Assembly (NCBI GenBank): GCA_964016885.1
Contig: OZ024748.1
Coordinates: 3,658,001 to 3,722,000 of the forward strand
DNA from: Eledone cirrhosa
Lineage: Eukaryota
DNA: 64,000 nucleotides
Direction: 5' to 3'
Shown here: positions 11,826-23,935 of the stretch, piece by piece
Position numbering within the stretch: position 1 is the first letter of the stretch
Layout of the letters: the number at the start of each line of letters is the position of its first letter
Program-made: the position numbers and the translations under genes
The notes under the pieces: generated by a model
The model's input: only the letters and a program-made list of their open reading frames with translations
Told to the model about the DNA's origin: nothing
The model's database searches: none

Positions 11826-14800
11826 GAACCTGTGTGTATATATGTAATTAGTATAAAATGTAGACAAAAAATTATTTTGAAATCTGATTTTATTTTTTCA
11901 TCCTAACAATGTACCACAAGATGATAACGATCATCTGCAATGATGAAGGTAGTAAGATTAATTTAATTAAATAATTGATAATTATTTGAATTAAGTAATT
12001 GGATATTACTTAAATATATAAACGGGGTGATGATGATGATGCGATTAAAACCTTAAACTAATTTGGAGCTTAATAAATGTGAACGGACCGCAAGAAAACA
12101 TTCTCTCTCGTTAGTAATTAACTCGGCTTGTATTTTATTTCAAAAATATTCATTTTCTTTATTTTTTAATCTTACTTTATTCCTTTAATCCAAATAAGAG
12201 AATTTCAAGATAATGCGATAAAAAGCACAAGTCAGCCTAAATACCAACGACATATATTATATACATACAATATATTCGCTGATCAGCGAGAGAAAAAAGC
12301 ATTTAAAACGTTTGGAGAGGGCACTTGTTCACGTGAAAGGCAACAGCAAATGCTGACAGAGACTGTATGACCCAATATTGTAGTTCTTGATTGAGTTAAG
12401 GTCGAGAGAAGAAACCAACAGAGTTAATAATAGTTAGTAAGTTAAGAAAGACTAATACTAGCAGTGGTCTGTGCATTGGCAAAACAATCAATTCCAGAAA
12501 GCCTTACGTGTTTCATCAAAAACTGAGTTATGTTTGAGAGGAAAGGAGGAAAAGTGCTTTTCATTCGCGAGAATAGGAGTTAGGTAGTTTAGTGAGTTAG
12601 TAGACAAGATTCGTCACACAAGCTTGTATAATACAGGCAGGCAGACAGAGATAATGCAGCTCTAATTTGTTGATGTCCATGGTCTGGCCCTCTACAATAA
12701 TAAATTACACACCGCCTTCTTTTTGCACAAACTAGGACCATACATAATGTCTATCATCTTTGGTTATAACATTTCAAACAAAAACAAGAAATCAATTAGA
12801 GCTCGTATCTTAGATAAGGGAGCAAGCGATATATTTATTTCCTAACAAGCTCTAGCATGTTAGCTTCTCTGGAAGCATGAGACACACACACGTAGTACCT
12901 TGTTTCCACACCCACCAAACGCCATACAATCCCAAAGAGAGATCAAATAAAAACTTTCAAAGAAATTATTAAATATACTAAATAAATAGTATAGTAGTTG
13001 CCTTGGTGTGTACCGTTTTCGAAACTTGTAAAGTAGCTTAAAATATTTTAAATACCATTAAAGATGTGTTGCTTGAAAATTAGTATAATATCAACGAGTT
13101 TGCGTCAAAAATACAGATATTCGTTTTTGCTGTTATGGCTAATTCGATAGACAGAATTAAGATTTTTTTTTAATTAATTCCATCATACAAAAAACAACAC
13201 TTGCATTGTAATTAATTTTTAAAAAGAAAGGATTAACATTCACAAAGTAAATTAATAAATAAAAAATGAAAATAAGCGGTGAAATAATCGAATGAAAATA
13301 TATTCTCACAACAGATCTGTCCATATAAGTTTTCTCTAACTTTAATCTACCTACATACTATAACAATAAACTTCGGACTTAGAAAAGATGGTGCGTGTAT
13401 ATATACCTGTATGTATTTGTATTATAATTTCCTCTGCAGATTGATTATATTGCCAACACCAACAAACTAACTGTTCATATATACAAAGACCGTCAATTGT
13501 CCTCACTCGTAATTAAACATACTCAGAAAATCAAAACCACCCTATGTAATACACACACACACATATACACACATATATAATATATATATATATATATATA
13601 AACAGGCACACCATAGAAGGAAAAAGCCCAAAACAGTTCCTAACTCAATCTGTGCTTTAAATAATTGTGATTAGAAACAAAACAACAATTTGTGGCAGGA
13701 TTAATTCGAATAATAAAAGCTTTTGAAAAAAGTGTAGGAAGAAGAAACAAACGATTTGTTTTCCATTGCGATTACAGATTTTCGGTATTGAACTGATAAT
13801 TTTGGTACAATAGGACATTGTATAAAACTCGAGAAAAGAGGACATATAAATATACATATATATATATATCAATCCATCGGTTCAATACCATAGTACTACT
13901 ATAAGCCATCGATTACAAATTAGGGAGTAGCAAACACAGTCTTGTTAATTAAAGGGTTTGGAGGGTTTTGTCTGTTTGTTTGTGTGTTTGGGGCTCTTTA
14001 AAGGTCAAACGATGTCAAGAGCACGTTTATTAGAAAATTAAACATCTTGAAACAATTCATAAGTTCTTTGAGATAAAGATATATATATTACTAATTAATA
14101 AATAAAGACATAGAGGGTTACGATTGTGAACAGTGGCGATGATCGTAAATAAAACTAGGATAGTAGCTTATAAAAGTGTTTGGAAGGAGAATTAAAAATT
14201 AAAAAAAAGTTCTTTGGGTACTTAAAAAATGAAATTAACAATGATTCGCTGGTTTGGATAAATAACAAGAATTTGTATTAAAACGTATCAAGTGCTGTTA
14301 AGATATATATATATATAATCTTAGTAGAGTATATACAAGATTTATATATTAAATCTTGTATATACTCTACTAATGTATTGAGTACCTTACTTATTGTGGT
14401 TACTCCCGGTTGAATCCGGGACTCACACATATATCCGTATATATATACATGTTAGAACAAGTGAGAGATTGTGGCCAAAAAGAAACAACAAAAAAACAAC
14501 AACAACGATGGTCTGATGACGACAAGAGCAAAGCAAAGAGGAATGTTGGATATCGACATTAAAGAGAGAGAGAGTAGTGACAATGGTGGACAAGCAACTC
14601 TTGACGATCAGCAAAGACATGGAGAGTAGCATTTACAACAGGCAAACATATATATAGAGAGTGAGGATGTTGGCCAACAACGGTTAAAATTGAAAAAAGA
14701 AGGCGTAGGTAGTATTTACATATAAAAAGAAAGAACAAAAACGACGGAAAGATTTGTTGAATCAGAAGCAAAAATTGGCAATGGCTGTTTTACTGGAAGA

Positions 14801-17368
14801 AACAATCAGAAACTGGGCAAAAAGAAAAAAATTAATTTAAATTTTTTTTAAAAACCCTCAACCTAACAACTCAATACAAAACAAAATTGTCAAGAATTTC
14901 ATATTTTTGCTGTTTATTTTTTAAAAGAATATAGTGGTGCCCCAGCATGACCGCAGTCTAATTACTGAAACCAGTAAAAGAGTATAGACATGACGAATGA
15001 CATGGTTTAAAGCCAGTGTATAAACAACACTCTTTAGATTTTATAATCGTGACCTTTTATATATAGTATAGTATCAATTAGCACCAAAGAAATATATATA
15101 TATAATAAATATTTAAATTAATAATAATCACTATAGTTGTGGATATATATGTGTAGATCATCAAAGAGTTATCGATGACAAGGTACAAAAAATTACCAAT
15201 CATGTGAGTAAAGATACATAAGAATGGAAAAATAAAAACAAAACTAAGGAATTAAAAGAGCTAACGAAATATAAAGAGACACGGTTTATCTTTAGAAACA
15301 ATATAATATATATATTGTATATATATATATATATATATAATTATATATATTGTTGGTGGAGCTGGTTATAATAAGGTAATTATGTCGATCTGATCTTGCA
15401 TAGAGTATCGAGAAGAAACTAACAAATGTAAACAAAGTCCATTTGAAGACGGACTCAAAAGCTATCTTCTCCAGATGGAAGGGCAACAGGAGAAAGGTTT
15501 TATAAAATACAAACAGAAGGGAAGAAGAACAGTTTGGAGGGGTTTTTTAACAGATTTTTATAAAATACATGCAAACATTATTCGATCGGAGGTTTTATAA
15601 AAGTTTTTGTTTATTTTTTATTAATGGTTAATGGTACAAACGTTTGAGAAATATATTTTTATATATATAAAAAAAATGTCAAAGCATGTGGTTGGCAATG
15701 TTCACGATAAGACATTAATAATAATGATGATAATATGACAATAGTAGTAATAATAAAGACCTCGAGAGTAGGGAAAATGTATTTTCAAACAAACCTACAA
15801 GACGAGATCTGTTTTCAAACGTGGAGCATCGCCAGCCAGCTCGACATAGCTGAAGCTCCTTATAGTAAAGCAAAGCAACCAGCAATAGCAGTCTTCGCAG
15901 TTGCCCTTTCATTTCATTTACTTTACCTTCTGAAAAAGTCTCCTCTATTTACAAGAAGCAACCTTCTTCAGGAAACCAGAAAGAAAAGAAACTTTGACTA
16001 CTTACCTAGAGGAGGAAAAGATTCTTGGAAGCCACTTGGCAAACATGTAGGCATCCATAAGACTGTTTGATTGCAAGGTGCTGGCAATAAGAACGAAAAC
16101 AACAGCAGGCCTAGAGTCCCTTAAATAATTTCCTCTCACACTCGTTTATCTTTTTAGTCGTCGACGACTAAAAAAAGTAATATTATATTAGTATCTGTCT
16201 TTCTTTCTCTATATATTTTCCCAACAGAAACGGCAGATTGATGGTAGTGACGATGAGTTTGTTCCTGTTGGTGCTGCTTATATATTCATGAGCAGTCATG
16301 CCAGCCAACGGAGCATCTCACTCAACCATCCACTCATTCTGTCTGCCTGAGTTAGGTCGGTAACATAGGAGGAGGAGAAGGAAGAGTATTAATAGTAATA
16401 GCAGCTTATACCACTCTCTCACTATATATCTTCCGCTTTCTCTCGCCTTCACTTTCTTACTTACTCTCTGTTGTTTATCTCTTTCCCCCTTCACTTTCTC
16501 ATTTACTCTCTCTTTCTCTCTCTCTTCTTTCACTCAGCGTCGTAATAAAGAGCTGCCACCCTCTCTCTCTCATTATATATATCTTTCTCTTTCCCTCTTA
16601 TCACTTACTCTGTCTCTCTCTCTTCTTCCACTCAGCGTCGCTAATAATAAAGAGCTACAACTCTCTCTCTCTCTTCACTATATATCTATCTTCCTCTTTC
16701 TCTCTCTATTTCACTATATATTTATCTTATTCTCTCTCTTCACTATATATCTATCTTATTCTCTATTTCATTATATATCTATTTACGGTCCTTTATGGTC
16801 TGAGTTCAAATCCCGCCGATGTTAACTTTGCCTTTCATCCTTAAGGGGTCGATTAAATAAAGTACCAGTAATACACTGAGATGATTGCTGGCCTTGTGCC
16901 AAAAGTAGAAACAATTATATATCTATGTTATTCTCTCTTTCACTATATATATATATCTATCTTCCTCTTTCTCTCTTTCCCTTTTACTCATTCACTAACT
17001 CTTTCTGTCTTTCTCTTCTTACACTCAACGTCTTCAATAATAAAGAACTGCCACTCTCTCTCTCTCCATATATCTTCCTCTCCCTCTCGTTCTTTTCCCC
17101 TCTCTCTTTCTCTCTGCCTTTGTCTATCACTCTATCTATCTCTTTTCTTCTTCCACTCAATGTCGCCTATAAAAACATACAGACAGAGAACAGAGAGCTG
17201 CTAAAATAACCCAACTTTTTCCACAATCGTCTAAACAACTGCCATGTCGGTGTGTTTGGTGTCAGCAGTAGCAACACACGATGATGGGGAAGAATATTAG
17301 TAATCCTAGTTTAGTGGAAGGCCCTAATCAATTGCTTGGACTCATTTTAAACACGTACTTCCTTACAT

Positions 17369-17404
17369 TATAAAAGCCAGGCGCTCTTTAAAGCCAAAGC
17401 AGTT
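17369..17404 (+). promoter_or_regulatory. Putative TATA box plus initiator
   Basis: TATAAAAG at 17369-17376 followed by a GC-richer spacer; Inr-like GCAGTT with its A at 17401, 32 nt downstream. Confidence 0.4.
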
Positions 17405-17556
17405 CAGCTTTGCAATATTTTCCTACAACTGTATTATTTGCTTTCATCTTTCTCTCTCTCTGTCTTTATATTCCATCAAGGAAGTGCTTTATGCTCTTTT
17501 CAGAACCAATTCTTCTCTTTCATAATAAATGAAATCCTTAAGCGAAGTCAATTAAA

Positions 17557-17874
17557 ATGGAAAAAAATATAGCATTTTTCGTTAATTTGTATATTTTTAT
17601 ATATATTTTCCTCTCCTATTTTGTCACAATGTGTCATTCTTCTAGATTAGTTGTCTTGAACATAATAACTGGTAAAATCGGACAATTTTTGTTGCTAATA
17701 AAATATTTTTCTCTTTTGTTCGTTCGCTTCAAATAAATAAATGTCTTATTTTTTTCATTTGTAGTCTTGCAGGTCTAGATGAATCACTCGAGAGGAATGA
17801 AAGCGATTCTTTAACCCTTTCAATTGGGGGAGCGATGCCACCAATAAAGGATTCTTTAATGGAAATTGTATGAA

Positions 17875-17943
<69 letters not shown>

Positions 17944-18172
17944 GTGTGTCTCCCAAATCGCAATGCTTTGCTTTTTTTTAATGGCTTTATGGCCAACTAA
18001 CAGAATGGCTAGCCTTCTTCGATCAGGTCAACTGGAATTTCAGCAGCAATCACTTGAAAATAGCCGTCGTCTTGTTCATCTGAAAATACAAACGAAAAGA
18101 TTTCGCCTATATTTTTACAGTGCTTCGTTCGCCCAACAATGAATTGTGCATGTGGGAAATTTCATTGGCTGC

Positions 18173-18211
<39 letters not shown>

Positions 18212-18784
18212 TTTATTATATTATATTCATTAGATATAGTAGTTAAAAATGCTGACATATGTCTTAAAATAAAAGCCAGAAGCAAGCAGTGCGCTTTGAA
18301 AGAATTCTGCTGCTGTTATATTCGCGAGATCATGATAGCAATGTTGGAGAGATAATTGAAGTGTAATTTTCACATTCTAGATGAGTTTAGATATATATTT
18401 ATATATATTTTTCTTTCGTTTGGTAATTAAAAAAAAAATAGAAAGTGATTGATTAAACATTCTCTGTTGGTTTTTGTTGCTTTATATGAGAGATAAGAGG
18501 TTAGAGCAATGTGTTAGTTGCTGGTTTTAGATGTATGAAACTGCTGAAAAATTAGCAATGTTGGGGCGTAATGTAGTTTATGTTTCATATGCTAGCTTTT
18601 AGATATGGTGAGAGAGAGAAAGAAAGACAGATAGTTATGAGTGTGATGTGTGAAATTTCACAGCAGGTGACTCGAACTAAATAAGTAAGCGAGAGCAGGC
18701 GAGAGCTAGAGTAGCAGATCAATGAAATAAAACAACGATGATGATGCTGATATCATGACTTTTTTTTTCCAGGGCAGACATTAG
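17557..18784 (+). CDS. Hypothetical small secreted peptide precursor (exons 17557-17671, 17773-17867, possibly 18773-18784; ~71-73 aa)
   Basis: TATA/Inr upstream, hydrophobic N-terminus, phase-compatible GT-AG junctions; no homology confirmed. Confidence 0.3.
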
Positions 18785-19285
18785 ACATTAACTTTTGTTA
18801 ATCTATCTACTATGAAAGCTACATAGATTAATCATAGCTTGGGCATAATGCTAGGGCGAATTAAACGATAGAGATAGCTTCATATAGTTTGTGTACCAAT
18901 TATATTGTTGACTCTTTAAACAAAGTTGAAATGTACATTTCTGTATTGCCAATAAGGGAGTGACCTATATATATATATGTGATTATAGATAATGATAATA
19001 ATATATATATTTTTTTTTATAAGGATTCTCAGCCCTACGGGTTAGCTTAAACGATTTGGAAACGGTAAAAGCTTAACCGTTTGGCAGATAATCCTTATAG
19101 TAATAACTAAACTCCACTCCACTTAGGTAGAGAGTACTAAGCTGAAAAATGAGTTTAACTAGTAACATCTCATCCATATATATATAAAGGGTGTCCCAAA
19201 AAATGTATACACACTCCAGAAGCATTCTAATAAATATTGCTTGTACAGGTAATCAAAGTATGTATACATTTTTAGGAGGATACCC

Positions 19286-19287
<2 letters not shown>

Positions 19288-19374
<87 letters not shown>

Positions 19375-19379
19375 ATGTA

Positions 19380-19413
<34 letters not shown>

Positions 19414-19419
19414 GATATA

Positions 19420-19463
<44 letters not shown>

Positions 19464-19506
19464 TATATATATATATATAGTATATGTATATATATATATA
19501 TATATA

Positions 19507-19595
<89 letters not shown>
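19288..19595. repeat. (TA)n-dominated microsatellite
   Basis: Direct observation. Confidence 0.97.
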
Positions 19596-19598
<3 letters not shown>

Positions 19599-20663
19599 GC
19601 TGGCTTATATCCATATAAGCTTGCCATTACCATTACCTAGAAATCAAAACGTTTTTATTCAAGATACAAATACACTGCTCTAGATTATAAGTGGGTGGGA
19701 AAATGGACAGCTTTTCAATTTATCGTCTGTAAATAAATCTCGTTTTTTTTCCGTTTTGTTTCTTGCTTTAATTCTAAATACTGGCTTTATTCTCTCGCAG
19801 TAAAAATCTTTGGCCATCAATAAGCATCGCATAATTAATTTCTGATAATTATCAATCTTTATTTTTATATATTCCTTCCAATGCTTTAAACGTACAGCTA
19901 TTACTGTCCAAACCTCTCTATCTCTGCGCTAGCTGCAAAATGTTTCTTTCTATTTTTCATTGATTTATTATTTTAAATAATAAGTGAAAAATTGAGAAGA
20001 CGATAGTAGTGGAAGAGATATAAAAAGTATGTCGTGGTCCAATGTTGGTGGGAGGTATGTCTTAGTCATCGCCATGAAAGGAACCTATTAGGTTTCACAA
20101 TGGCTTGCTTGATCTATCTGAAAAGTTGTATTGTGTATGCGTGTGTATGTGAAAATTAAAACTATATCGTTTCTTTTATTCTTTTACTGGTTTCAGTCAT
20201 TTTATTCAGACTGGTGCCATGATGGGGTGTCTCCTTTAAGATCATATTGCCGCCCGTACTTATGTATTTTCAAGTCTGGTACTTACTTTATCAATCCTTT
20301 TTGATCGAACCATTAAATTACCGGATAAACAAAGACACTCACACACATACACACGTACCATGCACACGTATACATGCATACACACAACCATATACACGGG
20401 CTTCCGCACATTTCCCGTCTACTCATAAGACATTGGCCAACCCGAGGAAATTACTCGGAATCCTATAATGGCTTTGAGGCGAACTCCTTAAACACACAGC
20501 CATGCCTATAGCTATATCTAAAATACATTGAAAAATACTGAGAAATGGGTGTAAAAAAAGTTAGAGCTTTTGCGTCTTCTACTTCAAATTCATTGTATAG
20601 AAGAGACGTGTATTCCTGTATATTTAGTTCACACACAACATACTCTCTCTCAGACACATCATA

Positions 20664-20712
<49 letters not shown>

Positions 20713-21892
20713 TTCTGGGGAATGATTTTAGAAGTTGTATCCATGCCTGTACTAGATATGATATGAACTTCCATTTCATCAGATATTCTAATTGTTTTGA
20801 GCAAAATATTTTCTAACTCATAATAAAATAAATGTTGAAATATTAATTTTTGCTTCAAAAGGCATTAAAACAATTGAATATAATTGTGTCCATTCCATAT
20901 TCTTAATAAAGCTAGGTTTGTAATATTTAACATACCAAACTACCTGAAACCATCCTTGGTTCTAAACTGTCCATATTTAAATTCAAACCTTCCATCATAA
21001 TTTCATGTAGAAACCTTAATCAAGTTACGCTTCAAACACCAATTTAATGATGATTTCTACATTAGGCACATGACCAAAGTTGATTATATCAAACCAAGTG
21101 TATGACTGGTATTTTATTTTATTGATCACAAAAGTATGAAAAGCAAAATTTGACCATAGCAAGATTTGAACCCAGAACATAAAGAGCCAGAACAAATACT
21201 GTTTGACCACTACCCTAAGTAACAACTTTAAAATCCTTCCAAATTTTTTTTTTCATTTTTCAAATTTATTGAACTTCATCAGATTGCATTTTTCATTTGA
21301 CAAATTTTATGAGCAAAGCCAACTGGATAACATATATGAGCTCAGTTGTTCTTGCTTGGGCATCCAGCTGGATCATTTGGAGATGGTTGCTTCTGATAAG
21401 GCCTTCTGGAAAGCATGCCTGAGGACTTTCCCCAACAACCTCCTCAGTAATAAGTGGACTTAGAGGCAGTGGTAGTGGTCTTGGTGGTGATGATGATGAT
21501 GATGATTTTGTATAATGGCTCTGTGACAAAATAAGATCAGAAACCACTGGTTTAGAGAATAAAAACCTAAATTATTCCTTAAATTATTGCTCCTCTAGAT
21601 TAAATAAAAGGTAAATACATACTTTTACTTTTTATTCTTTTACTGGTTTCACTTATTTGACTGTGGCCTTGCTGGAGCACCACTTTAAAGTTGATCATAT
21701 TAACCACAATAATTGTTTTTCAAGTTTGGTAATTATTTTATTGATAACATTTTGATGAACCACAAGCACTTAAACACAAAAGTGAAGACAAACATATATA
21801 TACTTCTGGGCAATTGCAGAACATTCTATGAGTAAATGGCTTTCGCTTTTTTATGCCTCAGACTGTTTCTACTTTTCATTTGGTAAACACAC

Positions 21893-21955
<63 letters not shown>

Positions 21956-22239
21956 TTAATTAATACTTTTCTGTCTTTTATTCTTCCTCCTATTCTGTTA
22001 CATACATACAAGCATTTTGATATTAAGATTGGTACAATATACTGATGATGATGATAATAATAATAATGTTTCTACTTTTGGCACAAAGCCAGCAATTACC
22101 CCCAGTGCATTACTGGTACTTTATTTTATTGAACCCGAAAGGATGAAAGGCAAAGTTAACTTCGGCGGGATTTGAACTCAGAACGCAAAGGGCCATAACT
22201 CTATGCTACAAAGCATGATGTTGATAATAATAATACTAA

Positions 22240-23050
22240 TGTTCTTCAATTCATCAACATTTGCTGATGATACTATTTTTTATTCTGGTTTTCCTGGCAA
22301 TCCCTCTCCCTTGAAACATTTGGAATTTACTGCTAATCTTGAGGTGGATCTGCAGGATGTTAAGAAATGAGGTGAGAAGTGGCTAGTAACTTTCAACCCT
22401 GGCACGACCAGATGAATGTCTTTCTGTAGTTATGGGTGTGAGGTATCACATGGTGAGACAGTCAAACCACTTGAGGAAGGGTCTTCTTTGAAATTGCTTA
22501 GTCTTACTTTCTCATCTGATCTTTCTTGGGTTCTTGCATACAATCAATTGATAAGTCTACTTCCTGTAAGGTTGGGTCATTGTATGGGTAGTCAAAGGAC
22601 TACTTCACATCCCTGGCCATTTTGTATCTTTACAAGTCCACAATTTGTCCTTTTATAGAGTACTGTTGTTATATTTAGGCAGATGTACTATCTTGTCACT
22701 TGGCCAGGTTCAGATATGAGTCCCTAGTTTGATTGTGTCAACCCTAAAACTCCTATCACATTGATGTAGCATCGTTATTACCACAGGAGGCGTTCTGATG
22801 AAATTTTTCTTTTGGTTCCAGATCAATTTGTGCCATCTCATTTAATTTGAAACTCACAGCATCTTCATCTAAATGCTGTTGTGGTTCAATGACTAAAGAA
22901 GTTTTTTCTGCAATTGTAGCTTTTTTCCTGGAACTTCCAGACTTTGGAGCTCTCTTCCATCTCATTCTTTCCTCCTTATGACCTGAACTCTTTCAAGTCT
23001 AAAGTAAATTCATTCCTTGCGGCTTAATTTCTCCTTCTTCATAGTTCCTG
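22240..23050 (+). mobile_element. Decayed non-LTR (CR1/Jockey-group) RT fragment
   Basis: FADDT near 22260, GEKWLVTFNP, LYLYKSTICPFIEYCC; several stops and frameshifts. Confidence 0.7.
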
Positions 23051-23634
23051 ATACTAAGTGGCTTCAAGCCTTGTTTGAGACTTTCAAGAAAACAAAATAA
23101 TCAAAATACTATTAATAATATTATTATTCACTGAGGAAATCATTTACATATCAGCCACGCTAGAGTGAAAACAAAAAAAATCATACTGATGACCTGAGGT
23201 TTGTAAAGGTAACACCAAAAAGACAGTCATTAGCCTTCACACTTACAAAACAGGTTTAGTGTGTAGAATTAGGTCAGTTACTACAACCAAGGCCTGGGTC
23301 TGGGCCTACTGGAGCATGACCACTAGTAATGGTCAAAGGGATAATGATGAAGACAGCAGTCAGGTCAAATGGTCATGAAGAAGAAGATGATGATGATGCT
23401 GATGATGATGATGCTGATGATGATCACTGGCAGCTGCACTGCTAGTGACCATCACCTGGGGGAGTGGTCAAGGTACAGGAAATAACAGATATTGGGACTG
23501 GGGATGTATAACAGGAAGGAGTCTACAAAATCATGGACAAAGACACTAGATACTGGGGGGGGGGGGAGGGGAATAAAAATAAAAATCATATTAGAACACA
23601 CACACAGATATATTAAAAGGCCCCCATCAGTCAC

Positions 23635-23935
23635 TAATGAGCATGGTTTTGCACCTAGAATATTTCCCTGAGAGGCAAAAGCCTAGGCAAGGTTTGTTTG
23701 TGGAAGACCAGCAGTCGTTAATGTATACCAGTCTCTCCTCTCCACGCCACCGATGTTGTCCAAGGGAAAGGCAATGTCCGATACAGCTTGGCACCAGTGA
23801 TGTCGCAACTCATTTCTACAGCTGAGTAAACTGGAACAACGTGAAATAATGTGTCTTGCTCAAGGACACAACGCATCACTCGGTCCGATAATCGAACTCC
23901 CAGCACAACGCTCTAACTGCTAAGTCATGCGCCTG
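23635..23935 (-). mobile_element. tRNA-derived SINE with a CORE-like domain; fragments also ~46960-47070 and 59050-59145
   Basis: Minus strand reads GGCGCATGACTTAGCAGTTAGAGCG..GTTCGATT..GTGTCCTTGAGCAAGACAC. Confidence 0.7.

Noticed and set aside
17715-17726. miR-375-like TTTGTTCGTTCG
   Set aside because: Only 12 nt match and no supporting hairpin
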